Shown: positions 50,622 to 59,331 of the stretch, piece by piece
How the letters are laid out: every line of letters starts with the position of its first letter
Position numbering within the stretch: the first letter of the stretch is position 1
NCBI GenBank assembly: GCA_041677705.1
Contig: JBAYPM010000005.1
Span: forward strand, 23,102 to 87,101
From: Weeksellaceae bacterium
Lineage (GTDB): Bacteria; Bacteroidota; Bacteroidia; Flavobacteriales; Weeksellaceae
Reading direction: 5' to 3'
DNA: 64,000 nucleotides
Notes under the pieces: model-generated
What the model was told of the DNA's origin: nothing
Databases searched by the model: none
Seen by the model: only the letters and a program-made list of their open reading frames with translations
Translations under genes and position numbers: made by a program

Positions 50622-51359
50622 ATGTACACTTTAAAATTCAATCCAAAGCCCGCTGTTTTCCTTTGGCTGACAGCAGCAGTTTCATGTTTTGATAACAGTG
50701 ATGATTTGTCCCTGTATTACAACGAAACAAACAATCCTCCGGCAAACATTGAGATGAAAGAAAATTTCATTTCACCCGAAAACTCACTAAATCCATACGA
50801 TTCGGTGGGTATTTCACACAATGAATTATTACAGGATTTTCTTGACAGCTCGGCTGTCCCGGAAGACATTCGGGAAGTTGTTGAATTGGTAAACTCATTG
50901 GATGTTTTTGACAATGCAATTGACCTCAATAGTTTTTCTTCCATTTCAGAACTGAATCTCATTCAGCAGATTCTGGACAGTCCCGAACAGGAATTCAATC
51001 AAATTCTAACAGCTTCATTGCTTTCAAATCAGGCAAAAGACAGCATTATAAGCTTACTGACATACATAGACTCTCACAGCACTGACCCGTACCAGTCACT
51101 GCATCTGTATATTGTGGACTTCGAAGATCAGATCATAAACGACAATTTGCTGGATACTTATGACAAAAAAACTGTTCTTTGTTTTACTTCCTTTGTCAGA
51201 CACAACCTCTATTTCTGCAAAAAGAAAGAAGAAGATGACGACACGGATTGGGACGATTCTACAGCAAGCAGAACCGCTGCTTTGATGGGTGCTTTAACCG
51301 GACCTGAAGATACTGTTTACTGGTCGCTCATACTTGGCATAAGTCATAATTTTCTGTAA
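50622..51359 (+). CDS. Hypothetical acidic lipoprotein
   Basis: Lipobox AAVSC; NPYDSVGISHNELL motif; hydrophobic/Gly-Ala C-terminus. Confidence 0.65.
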   Translation: MYTLKFNPKPAVFLWLTAAVSCFDNSDDLSLYYNETNNPPANIEMKENFISPENSLNPYDSVGISHNELLQDFLDSSAVPEDIREVVELVNSLDVFDNAIDLNSFSSISELNLIQQILDSPEQEFNQILTASLLSNQAKDSIISLLTYIDSHSTDPYQSLHLYIVDFEDQIINDNLLDTYDKKTVLCFTSFVRHNLYFCKKKEEDDDTDWDDSTASRTAALMGALTGPEDTVYWSLILGISHNFL

Positions 51360-51574
51360 TACAAACAAAAGAAGATCCCGATACTGTCAAATTAATTTGT
51401 TGACATTCACACCGGGTTGGTGATTTTTCCGGCTGATTTGCACATCGGCTGACAAAAATCTTTAAACGCTGAAAATAAGCCGCTGTCCGCTGCTTAACAA
51501 ACAGCTGAAATTCATTTTGCCGAAAATTGAATAATCCATGCTTTTTAAGACGATAACTGTTTCAATAAATCTGT

Positions 51575-52411
51575 ATGGTCATGATACTGGTCAAACAAAA
51601 CAATTTAAGAAAATGGGAATTATCCCCCATTGGTACAGTCAGAATAATTCTGAATTGCAATGGCAGTTTATTGCTTAAAATTTGCGGCCGGAAAATTAAA
51701 ATAAAAAGAAAAACCATTATTCTGATACCCCTGATTTTTCCGCTTAAAATCAAAACCAAAACCGGACCGTCCATAAAAATCTTTGAGCTTGCCTTTTCCG
51801 AAAATGAATTAAATACCGGTTTCAATCCTGAAAAAATCAACGGTTTGGATCAGTTCAAATTTTTTGAGTCAGACAAAATAACGGCAATAGATCTCAATAC
51901 TTTTGATTACCTCTATCTCGCAGCCCTGTTCCGGATCCTGTATTTCCATCTGAACTACAGAACCGCCTACAGATATTATACCGACTGTAAAACAATTTTG
52001 TTATACACCATCCTTAAGGAACTTGAAGCCGTATCCGTCAGAAACAGACTGAACATCAAACATTTCAAATCTGCCGGCAACCCTCTGATTCGTTCTTTTC
52101 TTGAATTGCTGTTACAAAACTGCAAAAGCCGGCACAACCTTGATTTTTATGCAGCTGAACTCTCGGTAACAACTGATTATCTTAACAAACTTGTCAAAAA
52201 GGAAACCTCAGAGGCGCCTTCAGTCATCATTCGCAGATTTTTATTAAACCGGGCAAAATACTTATTGTCAGAAACAAATCTGCCGCTCAAAATGATTGCC
52301 GAAGAACTCGGATACTCTGAGATTTCAGCATTCTCCAGATTTTTCAAAAAACAGCTTTCGATAAACCCCGGAGATTTCAGAAAAAAAATGCAGCAAAAGT
52401 CAAATCAGTAA
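51575..52411 (+). CDS. AraC-family transcriptional regulator
   Basis: FYAAELSVTTDYLN...IAEELGYSEISAFSRFFKK...PGDFR. Confidence 0.85.
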   Translation: MVMILVKQNNLRKWELSPIGTVRIILNCNGSLLLKICGRKIKIKRKTIILIPLIFPLKIKTKTGPSIKIFELAFSENELNTGFNPEKINGLDQFKFFESDKITAIDLNTFDYLYLAALFRILYFHLNYRTAYRYYTDCKTILLYTILKELEAVSVRNRLNIKHFKSAGNPLIRSFLELLLQNCKSRHNLDFYAAELSVTTDYLNKLVKKETSEAPSVIIRRFLLNRAKYLLSETNLPLKMIAEELGYSEISAFSRFFKKQLSINPGDFRKKMQQKSNQ

Positions 52412-52424
52412 AAAATCTTCCGCC

Positions 52425-52721
52425 ATGAATTCTTTCCATTTACTCAGCCGAATTCTCAGTCATATAAACAGAGACAATGACCTGAGGCCTTCGCACTTCT
52501 GTCTGTATTTGGCACTTTTTGCAGAATGGCATCGAAACCAATTCCAAAACCCAATCAGAATTACCCGGATTGAAATGATGAAATTAAGTAAAATAAGCTC
52601 GGTTGCCACTTATCACAAATGCATTCGCGATCTTCATCAGAAAGGGATTATCATTTACAAACCAAGCTTCCATCCCCAAAAAGGAAGTGAAATAATTCTT
52701 ACAAACCTGAAAACTGAATAA
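52425..52721 (+). CDS. Winged-helix protein of the type found in Bacteroidota integrative elements
   Basis: LRPSHFCLYLALFAEW...MKLSKISSVATYHKCIRDLHQKGIIIYKPSFHP. Confidence 0.7.
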   Translation: MNSFHLLSRILSHINRDNDLRPSHFCLYLALFAEWHRNQFQNPIRITRIEMMKLSKISSVATYHKCIRDLHQKGIIIYKPSFHPQKGSEIILTNLKTE

Positions 52722-53045
52722 ACGGTTCGCAGAAATTGATCTGCATCCTTAATCATCCGATCCTGAAAGGATCGCATGTGTATAAAACAAATGAACTGCC
52801 CCCGATTCCGATCCGCCGCTTTGCATCGATTAAATTCTGACTGACATTAAATAATTTATCCCATTTTTCAATTATTAAAAAACCGAATTCGCAACCCTTC
52901 TCCACCGTGTTTTCCTCTGGAGCTGAATTGTTTATTTCATCTCCCAACTATTGTTCATTAATTATTTTGAATTGCGGTAAATAAAAACAGTAAAAAAAGA
53001 GAACCCCGGCAATAACCGGGATTCCCAAACAATTTGACAATTGGT

Positions 53046-53225
53046 TTACTTATCAGAATGCTTCTCTAAAATACATTTCAGCAAAAACGATACAGTAAAA
53101 CTGACAGCGGCTCCGACAGCAGCCAGGATAATCGTATCCGCAATATTGCTCAGTCTTATTTGATGTGTCGCCAGACTGAAAAATGTACCGCCAATTGTCC
53201 CGATTTTTAACGAATCAGCATACAT
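53046..53225 (-). CDS. Small two-TM membrane protein (holin-like)
   Basis: 59 aa MYADSLKIGTIGGTFFSLA...IILAAVGAAVSFTVSFLLKCILEK; below the ORF-track cutoff; abuts the previous stop codon. Confidence 0.65.
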   Translation of the reverse strand: MYADSLKIGTIGGTFFSLATHQIRLSNIADTIILAAVGAAVSFTVSFLLKCILEKHSDK

Positions 53226-53465
53226 TCAGCCCGATTCGTTTTGTTGAGTTTCTTTTACGCAACTGTCATCAACAGCACATTGACTGACCGCCGACAGTAC
53301 GCCGCCGGCAACTGCCAGGTATCCGCCAATCGATACCAGTATGACCGGCAGCTCAACAGGTGACGTTAAAAAAACTCCGCCAATCCCGGCACTCACCAGA
53401 CCAATTGTCCGAAGCACTCTGAAAAACTTTGGTGTGGGAGACTGGGCTCTTTTTATCAAATTCAT
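53226..53465 (-). CDS. Small two-TM membrane protein (holin-like)
   Basis: SPTPKFFRVLRTIGLVSAGIGGVFLTSPVELP..GGYLAVAGGVLSAVSQ. Confidence 0.7.
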   Translation of the reverse strand: MNLIKRAQSPTPKFFRVLRTIGLVSAGIGGVFLTSPVELPVILVSIGGYLAVAGGVLSAVSQCAVDDSCVKETQQNESG

Positions 53466-53476
53466 AATTTACAATT

Positions 53477-53872
53477 TTATGATTCAACAATAAGATCAAC
53501 TCGTCTGTTCAGCTCCAATTCCCGATAAATCGATTCTCTGAGCTTTCCAAACGCTGCACGGGACTGAAAACCCACTCCGGCTCCCGATAATTTAAATACG
53601 GGAGCAATACAGCCCTTGAGTTCTTTCAGTGCATAGTTCGCCGGATGGATCAGAATCAATTCTCTGTCAGGTACATCCAAAAGCTCGATATGCCATGAAA
53701 ATTTTCGGCTGAAACGCTTCTTTAGGGCATAAACTCCCTCCGGGATACAGGAAACAATCCGTCGATTGTTTTTCCACGGCAGTTCTATCGTATGACAGAC
53801 CCTGACATCATTCACAGTCAGAATGCCGTTTGTTCCTTCAGGATAATATGTCCTTTTAAGCAGAAGTTCCAT
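53477..53872 (-). CDS. DUF5675 family protein (predicted peptidoglycan hydrolase-like)
   Basis: LKRTYYPEGTNG, CHTIELPW, SCIPEGVY, LIHPAN..ELKGCI. Confidence 0.8.
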   Translation of the reverse strand: MELLLKRTYYPEGTNGILTVNDVRVCHTIELPWKNNRRIVSCIPEGVYALKKRFSRKFSWHIELLDVPDRELILIHPANYALKELKGCIAPVFKLSGAGVGFQSRAAFGKLRESIYRELELNRRVDLIVES

Positions 53873-53873
53873 T

Positions 53874-54632
53874 TTACACGCCATTTTCAACTTCCACCGC
53901 AGACATCGGATTGAACGCCCCGTTTCTCAACGGATACATCGTACCGTTCACCTCCTGAAAAAAGGAGATACCAAGCAGCAAAAACAGTGACAGTGTAGAA
54001 CCGGGACTCAAAATGTTCTGCAAATTCAGAGCTCCGCTCGCCGTCTCATCATATGCCAAAATAGCGGATTCAGAGGTGGCCACAGTGTATTCCTCATTGT
54101 CAAAATCAATTTCCGCTGCACCGGATACGATTTTAAAATGAGTAGTACCTTCCGGAGCGGTAATCATCTCAATGGGAACAAATGATTCAATATCAACATT
54201 CATCTCACCGCTGCTTCGGTTGAGACTCGCATTGTAAGGTACAAACAGCGTAGTGCTGAGTTTACCGAATGCATTGAATTCAAATCCTTTGACAATACTG
54301 AGATCACCCTCGGAAACCTTACGTTCTCCACGGGCGCTTACCGGATCACTCTGAATGACTTTCAGCATTTGACGGGTTAAACGACTGACCATCCGACCGT
54401 CGGAGGCCTTCATCAAAATCGGACGAAAAGCAGTTCGGATCAGTTTCCCCGATTTGCCCGCACGGCCAAATTCAGCCCCGTTTTCGCGGGTACGCTGAAA
54501 TGCCGGATCATTGGCAATACGGCTTGCTTCAACTCCGCCTTTCTCACGGACCATATATCCGTCCCTCGACTTGTAAAAGGTCATATCACCGATAGTACCT
54601 TTAATCTTAACAATTCCTTTTTGTCGTGCCAT
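53874..54632 (-). CDS. Conserved Bacteroidota hypothetical protein (basic N-terminus, beta-rich C-terminus)
   Basis: MARQKGIVKIKGTIGDMTFYK...DPAFQRTRENGAEFG. Confidence 0.7.
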   Translation of the reverse strand: MARQKGIVKIKGTIGDMTFYKSRDGYMVREKGGVEASRIANDPAFQRTRENGAEFGRAGKSGKLIRTAFRPILMKASDGRMVSRLTRQMLKVIQSDPVSARGERKVSEGDLSIVKGFEFNAFGKLSTTLFVPYNASLNRSSGEMNVDIESFVPIEMITAPEGTTHFKIVSGAAEIDFDNEEYTVATSESAILAYDETASGALNLQNILSPGSTLSLFLLLGISFFQEVNGTMYPLRNGAFNPMSAVEVENGV

Positions 54633-54875
54633 AATTCTAATTTTTTTAGTTAAACAAATGATTTTAATTAATTAAATCCTATCCGATTGCAATCATTAAT
54701 TATAGAATTCACAACAAATCTTTCACTTTTTTTGAACCTAAAAAAAAATGCATGACACTGCTGACCGCCCATGACACAAAGCGACCCAAATGACCTGATA
54801 TCCAATCAGATTTCCGGCTCCTGTCCGCCCCATTCAGCGCCTTAAACCCGGCTAATCCCAATTGCCGAAATTTTC

Positions 54876-55058
54876 CCCATTGCCCCATAGCCCCAATCAC
54901 CTCCACCGTCACCATTGTCTCCATCGTCCCCACCGTCCCAATCACCACCATCATTCCCATTGCATCCCTTTGCGCCAATCGTCCCTACCGTCCCAATTGT
55001 CCCCATTGCCCATTGCCCATTGCCCATCGTCCCCATCGTCCCCATCGTCCCCACTCCC
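54876..55058. repeat. Degenerate C-rich 9-mer/7-mer tandem repeats
   Basis: ccatcgtcc / ccattgtcc units and cccattg x3. Confidence 0.75.
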
Positions 55059-55484
55059 AAATCCAAAATCTTACAGATTGATCATTTTACCTGTCCACAC
55101 TCAATTAAAACCCTCATTTTATTTTTGAAGAAACAAAGAAACACACCTGTCAGCACCTGCTTGAAACCCTTGAAATACCTTTGTTTTAGCAAAATGAAAG
55201 GAGTACAAAAAATTGTATCCTTTCCAAAAGAGTGTTTGAATTTTATTGTAACTGTTTTCGTAAGGATTTTGAGATTTTTTTTTGCTTTTCATTTGAGTAC
55301 TTATCGGGATAAATCAAAAATAAAAAATGAAAAACAGGCTCTCAGACAATAAAGCAATAAATCTTCATCTGATAAAATACATAAAAAGGGGAAAAAGCCC
55401 CTCAAAAAAACAGGAAATCTCCTATGGCCACTTTAAATTCAATTTATAATATTTGAAAAAAGAACAGCAAAACATCAGATTACT

Positions 55485-56930
55485 ATGAAAACTTTTATCA
55501 AGTACCTTTTAATTAAACTATTATTAGTTTGTAGTTTTTGTTACTCCCAAAATCAGTTTCCTAATTTTGGCGATGTTAAGTTAGAAAATTTTTTCGACAT
55601 AAGGATGCTAACGAATTCTGTGCACTCAAATTGGCATCATGGAATACAGTTTGAAAATGATTCAACAGCTTATAATCATGATAATCCAGGGCCTTGGGCT
55701 GGTGTAGGGCTTGCCGGACACGTTATAGATGATGGCAAATTTATTAGAAAAGATCAACTCTACATCACTCATGGCGCCGAACCCTGGAACAGTATCCTTG
55801 GCATAAATATACTCCCGGACGGCTTTGTGGGAATCGGAACACTGACTCCGTCAGCAAGGCTGGAAATCAACAGCAATGCATCAAACAGCAGCGGATTGAA
55901 ACTTACCAATCTGACCTCTTCTTCGCCTTCAACTTCCGGTGCCAAAGCGATCGGAGTAACTTCAACCGGTGAGGTGGTGACAATTGATACAGAAGGCAGT
56001 GAAGTTTCAGGAACATGGTTAATAACCGGAAATAATGGAACCACTGCCTCAACTTCTACCTATCCGAACAATGTAAACAATAATTTTTTAGGTACAACCG
56101 ATAATCAGCCATTGGTTATTGCTACCGACAACAAAGAAAGATTGAGAATCAGCACAACAGGACGGATTACTTTTCACAACAATGATATTTCTCCCAACAA
56201 TGTGAATAACTTATATCTGGGAGGAGGAAATACTACTACTTATACGGATGGTGGCAATTATGCCAATACAGCAGTCGGTCTGGGATCTTTGGCGCTTATC
56301 AGTAGCGGATATCAGAATCTGGCAGTCGGCAGCAACGCACTCAGATTAAATACTTCGGGTAAAAATAATATAGGGTTGGGTTACAATGCCGGAACAAACA
56401 TTACAACAGGTTCAGATAATATTTTGATAGGCAGCGGTGTTGATGCGCCGATTTCGGCCACTGCCGATAATCAGATCAATATCGGCAATCAGGTTTTTGG
56501 ATACAACGGACAGATTGCAATTGGGAGTTATACCGACATTGCTCAGGCATTTTCAAACAGCCCGGGCTATAAATTGATTGTTAAGGACGGAATCAGAACC
56601 GAAAAAGTAAGAGTTGACCTGTCAGGCGTCAATGATTGGGCGGACGATGTGTTTGAAGACAATTACGATCTGCTGCCAATTGAGAATCTGAGAGAATTCA
56701 TTGAGATCAACAGGCACTTGCCGGGCATTCCAAAAGCGGAACAGTTGGTTGATGAAGGCATCGATGTAGTGGAAATGGATTCAAACCTTTTAAGAAAGAT
56801 TGAGGAACTTACATTATACAATATCGAACTGTATGATGAAAACAAAAGGCTTAAAGAAGATCTTATGAATCAGCAGATTATTCTGGAAGATCTGATAAAA
56901 AGAATTGACCGCATAGAATCAGCACAATAA
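55485..56930 (+). CDS. Secreted tail-fibre/trimeric adhesin-like protein with S74-chaperone-like C-terminus
   Basis: GIGT motif, NTAVG/NLAVG/NIGLG repeats, WADDVF...HLPGIP...LLRKIEELTLY coiled coil. Confidence 0.75.
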   Translation: MKTFIKYLLIKLLLVCSFCYSQNQFPNFGDVKLENFFDIRMLTNSVHSNWHHGIQFENDSTAYNHDNPGPWAGVGLAGHVIDDGKFIRKDQLYITHGAEPWNSILGINILPDGFVGIGTLTPSARLEINSNASNSSGLKLTNLTSSSPSTSGAKAIGVTSTGEVVTIDTEGSEVSGTWLITGNNGTTASTSTYPNNVNNNFLGTTDNQPLVIATDNKERLRISTTGRITFHNNDISPNNVNNLYLGGGNTTTYTDGGNYANTAVGLGSLALISSGYQNLAVGSNALRLNTSGKNNIGLGYNAGTNITTGSDNILIGSGVDAPISATADNQINIGNQVFGYNGQIAIGSYTDIAQAFSNSPGYKLIVKDGIRTEKVRVDLSGVNDWADDVFEDNYDLLPIENLREFIEINRHLPGIPKAEQLVDEGIDVVEMDSNLLRKIEELTLYNIELYDENKRLKEDLMNQQIILEDLIKRIDRIESAQ

Positions 56931-56951
56931 TTTCCCAATAACCGGACAGTC

Positions 56952-59327
56952 ATGAAAAGAGTTTTTTTATACGGGAAATTAATATTATCGCTTTTGGGAA
57001 TTGTGCAATTGACCTATGGTCAGAATCAGGCTGACAGAACCAGGATTGCAACGACTGTAAACCAACTGAAGCTTGAGTCGATTATTACAAATGCAGAACA
57101 GCAGAGCAAAATTCAACAAAGAGAAGTCAAACGTTTCATAAAATTGGGTTACCCTGAATTTATTGAATCAGATGACGGTACCTTTTCACAGCTGATCGGA
57201 TCCAATGAATTGGGAAGCCCGGTTTATCTTCAGACCATGAATCAAAATGTGGTCAATACCACAGGTGCAAACATCTTGCACAACGGATTTGACGGATTTA
57301 ATCTGACCGGCAATGATATGACCATTGGACTGTGGGAACCTTCGAGCCCCCGTCTGTTGCATGAAATCTTGAGATTTAGTTCCACATCTTCCCGCATTAC
57401 CTACGCAACCGGACAAATATCGGGAATTAATTCTCATGCTACGCATATTGCAGGCACACTCATCGGAAATCAGACCAATATAAATTCACCCAATCAGCAG
57501 GAAGTAAGGGGAATGGCTTATGAAGCCGTAATAAAAGCTTACGATTGGAATTTGGCAGCAGCTGAAATGGCCTCCGAAGCACAAAACGGACTGTTGGTCG
57601 CAAATACGAGTTTTGGCTATGCACCCGCTCCGTTGGATGAATCGGAATACGGAAGATATTCTCTGACTTCCCGGGAATGGGACGCTGTCATGTGTGCGGC
57701 TCCCTTTCTGCAAATCGTGAAACCTGCCGGAAATGTAAGAGATGACTCGCCCTACATAGTACCGCAGGTAGCAATTAAATCGGGATTTGACCTTTTGGAA
57801 AGTTCCGGAACTTCAAAAAATGTATTGGTTGTCTCTGCTTTTGATTTAACAAAGGACCAACCATCCGAACAATCTCCGGTATATGATGTTTCATTGGTAG
57901 AAGTTCCGTACAGCAGCTGGGGACCGACAGACGACGGTAGAATTAAGCCGGATATTACTGCGCATGGCCACAAAGTATATTCTTCTTTGCAGGATACCAA
58001 TAGTGCCTATGGGCTGCTGTCGGGGACTTCAATGGCGACTGCCGGGGTGTCGGGAGTTATCACACTGCTGCAGCAATATTACAACGAAAAGTTTGGCCAT
58101 CTGCTCGATCCGTCCGAAGTACCTTATTTATGGTCTTCTACCATCCGCGCATTGATTATACACAGTGCAGATGAAGTAGGTGACCCCGGACCGGATTACA
58201 AATACGGATGGGGAGTAATCAATGCCGTTTCTGCTGCCGAAATTATTGAAAAGAGAGGAACGGGTACAATTATCAGAGAGGAAACTTTGGAAGATCAGTC
58301 AGAGTTTAAGCTGAATGTAATTTCAAACGGATATGAACCGCTTGTTGTTACGATTGCCTGGACGGATCCTGAAGGTGAAGTGAGTCCGAATAACCCGCCG
58401 GTTGTGGATGACACCACACATAAACTGGTAAATGATCTGGATGTGAAGCTTGTCCGCCTGGATTCAAACGGTGTTCCCGCAACTGTAATCGACAGCAACG
58501 GAGATAATTTGCTTTTACCATGGAAAAGACTTGAAGGAATTACAGCTGACATCAGCCTGCTCTCTGCCCGTTCAACCCGTGGTGTCAACAATGTGGACAA
58601 TGTGGAAAAAATAGAAATCCCGATTGATTATCTTCCGCAGGATGGAGGTTTGTTTCAAATAGTGGTTTCGCACAAAGGAGTTTTGGAAGAAGATTGTACA
58701 TCGGCAGGTCAGAATTTCTCTCTGATTGTTTCAGGTGTGTCTTTTTGTGAAGATTCAATTGTACTGTATCAGCATGAAGATGATGTACAGACTGTGAATG
58801 GTGAAGGACTGCATGTTAAGGCGGATAACATAACGGCATCCAATGTACTGGAGCCGGTGCCGGACCCGAATACAGACGATTATTTGGTAGAATACGAAGC
58901 AGCGTCTTTTATAGAGCTGGTACCTCAGGGAAATCACGGTTTCACATCAGAATACGGTTCGGACTTTTTGGCTCATATCAATTGTCAGACCGGGATGACT
59001 GAAGCATTCAGCAGCAGAGAACTCCGTTCTTTAAAAGCAGATGAATTACCCGACAGTAATCTTAAAATGACAAATGCACTGATTGTATATCCCAATCCGA
59101 TTATCAGCAGCTTTCTCAACGTTCAGTTTGAGCTGAAAGAACCATCAGCCGTTGATATACGGTTGTATGATATGCAGGCTAAGCTTGTTTTGACTGGCGG
59201 TTCAAAAGAATTCAGCAGCGGCCTGCACAAACAGGTATTGGATATCTCAACACAGCCAAAAGGAATATACATCCTGAAAATAATTATGCCGGACGGCACC
59301 CATACCCGAAAGATTATCAAAAAATAA
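56952..59327 (+). CDS. S8 subtilisin-like protease with T9SS CTD
   Basis: HATHIAGT, KPAGN, GRIKPDI, SGTSMA; CTD VYPNP...KGIYILKI. Confidence 0.9.
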   Translation: MKRVFLYGKLILSLLGIVQLTYGQNQADRTRIATTVNQLKLESIITNAEQQSKIQQREVKRFIKLGYPEFIESDDGTFSQLIGSNELGSPVYLQTMNQNVVNTTGANILHNGFDGFNLTGNDMTIGLWEPSSPRLLHEILRFSSTSSRITYATGQISGINSHATHIAGTLIGNQTNINSPNQQEVRGMAYEAVIKAYDWNLAAAEMASEAQNGLLVANTSFGYAPAPLDESEYGRYSLTSREWDAVMCAAPFLQIVKPAGNVRDDSPYIVPQVAIKSGFDLLESSGTSKNVLVVSAFDLTKDQPSEQSPVYDVSLVEVPYSSWGPTDDGRIKPDITAHGHKVYSSLQDTNSAYGLLSGTSMATAGVSGVITLLQQYYNEKFGHLLDPSEVPYLWSSTIRALIIHSADEVGDPGPDYKYGWGVINAVSAAEIIEKRGTGTIIREETLEDQSEFKLNVISNGYEPLVVTIAWTDPEGEVSPNNPPVVDDTTHKLVNDLDVKLVRLDSNGVPATVIDSNGDNLLLPWKRLEGITADISLLSARSTRGVNNVDNVEKIEIPIDYLPQDGGLFQIVVSHKGVLEEDCTSAGQNFSLIVSGVSFCEDSIVLYQHEDDVQTVNGEGLHVKADNITASNVLEPVPDPNTDDYLVEYEAASFIELVPQGNHGFTSEYGSDFLAHINCQTGMTEAFSSRELRSLKADELPDSNLKMTNALIVYPNPIISSFLNVQFELKEPSAVDIRLYDMQAKLVLTGGSKEFSSGLHKQVLDISTQPKGIYILKIIMPDGTHTRKIIKK

Positions 59328-59331
59328 TGCT

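Noticed and set aside
54709-55352. Several overlapping Gly/Pro/His-rich ORFs on both strands
   Set aside because: They are read-throughs of a low-complexity repeat tract with no coding signature
53046-56930. Calling the holin-like/DUF5675/tail-fibre-like genes a prophage
   Set aside because: No terminase, portal, capsid, tail tube or integrase in the window
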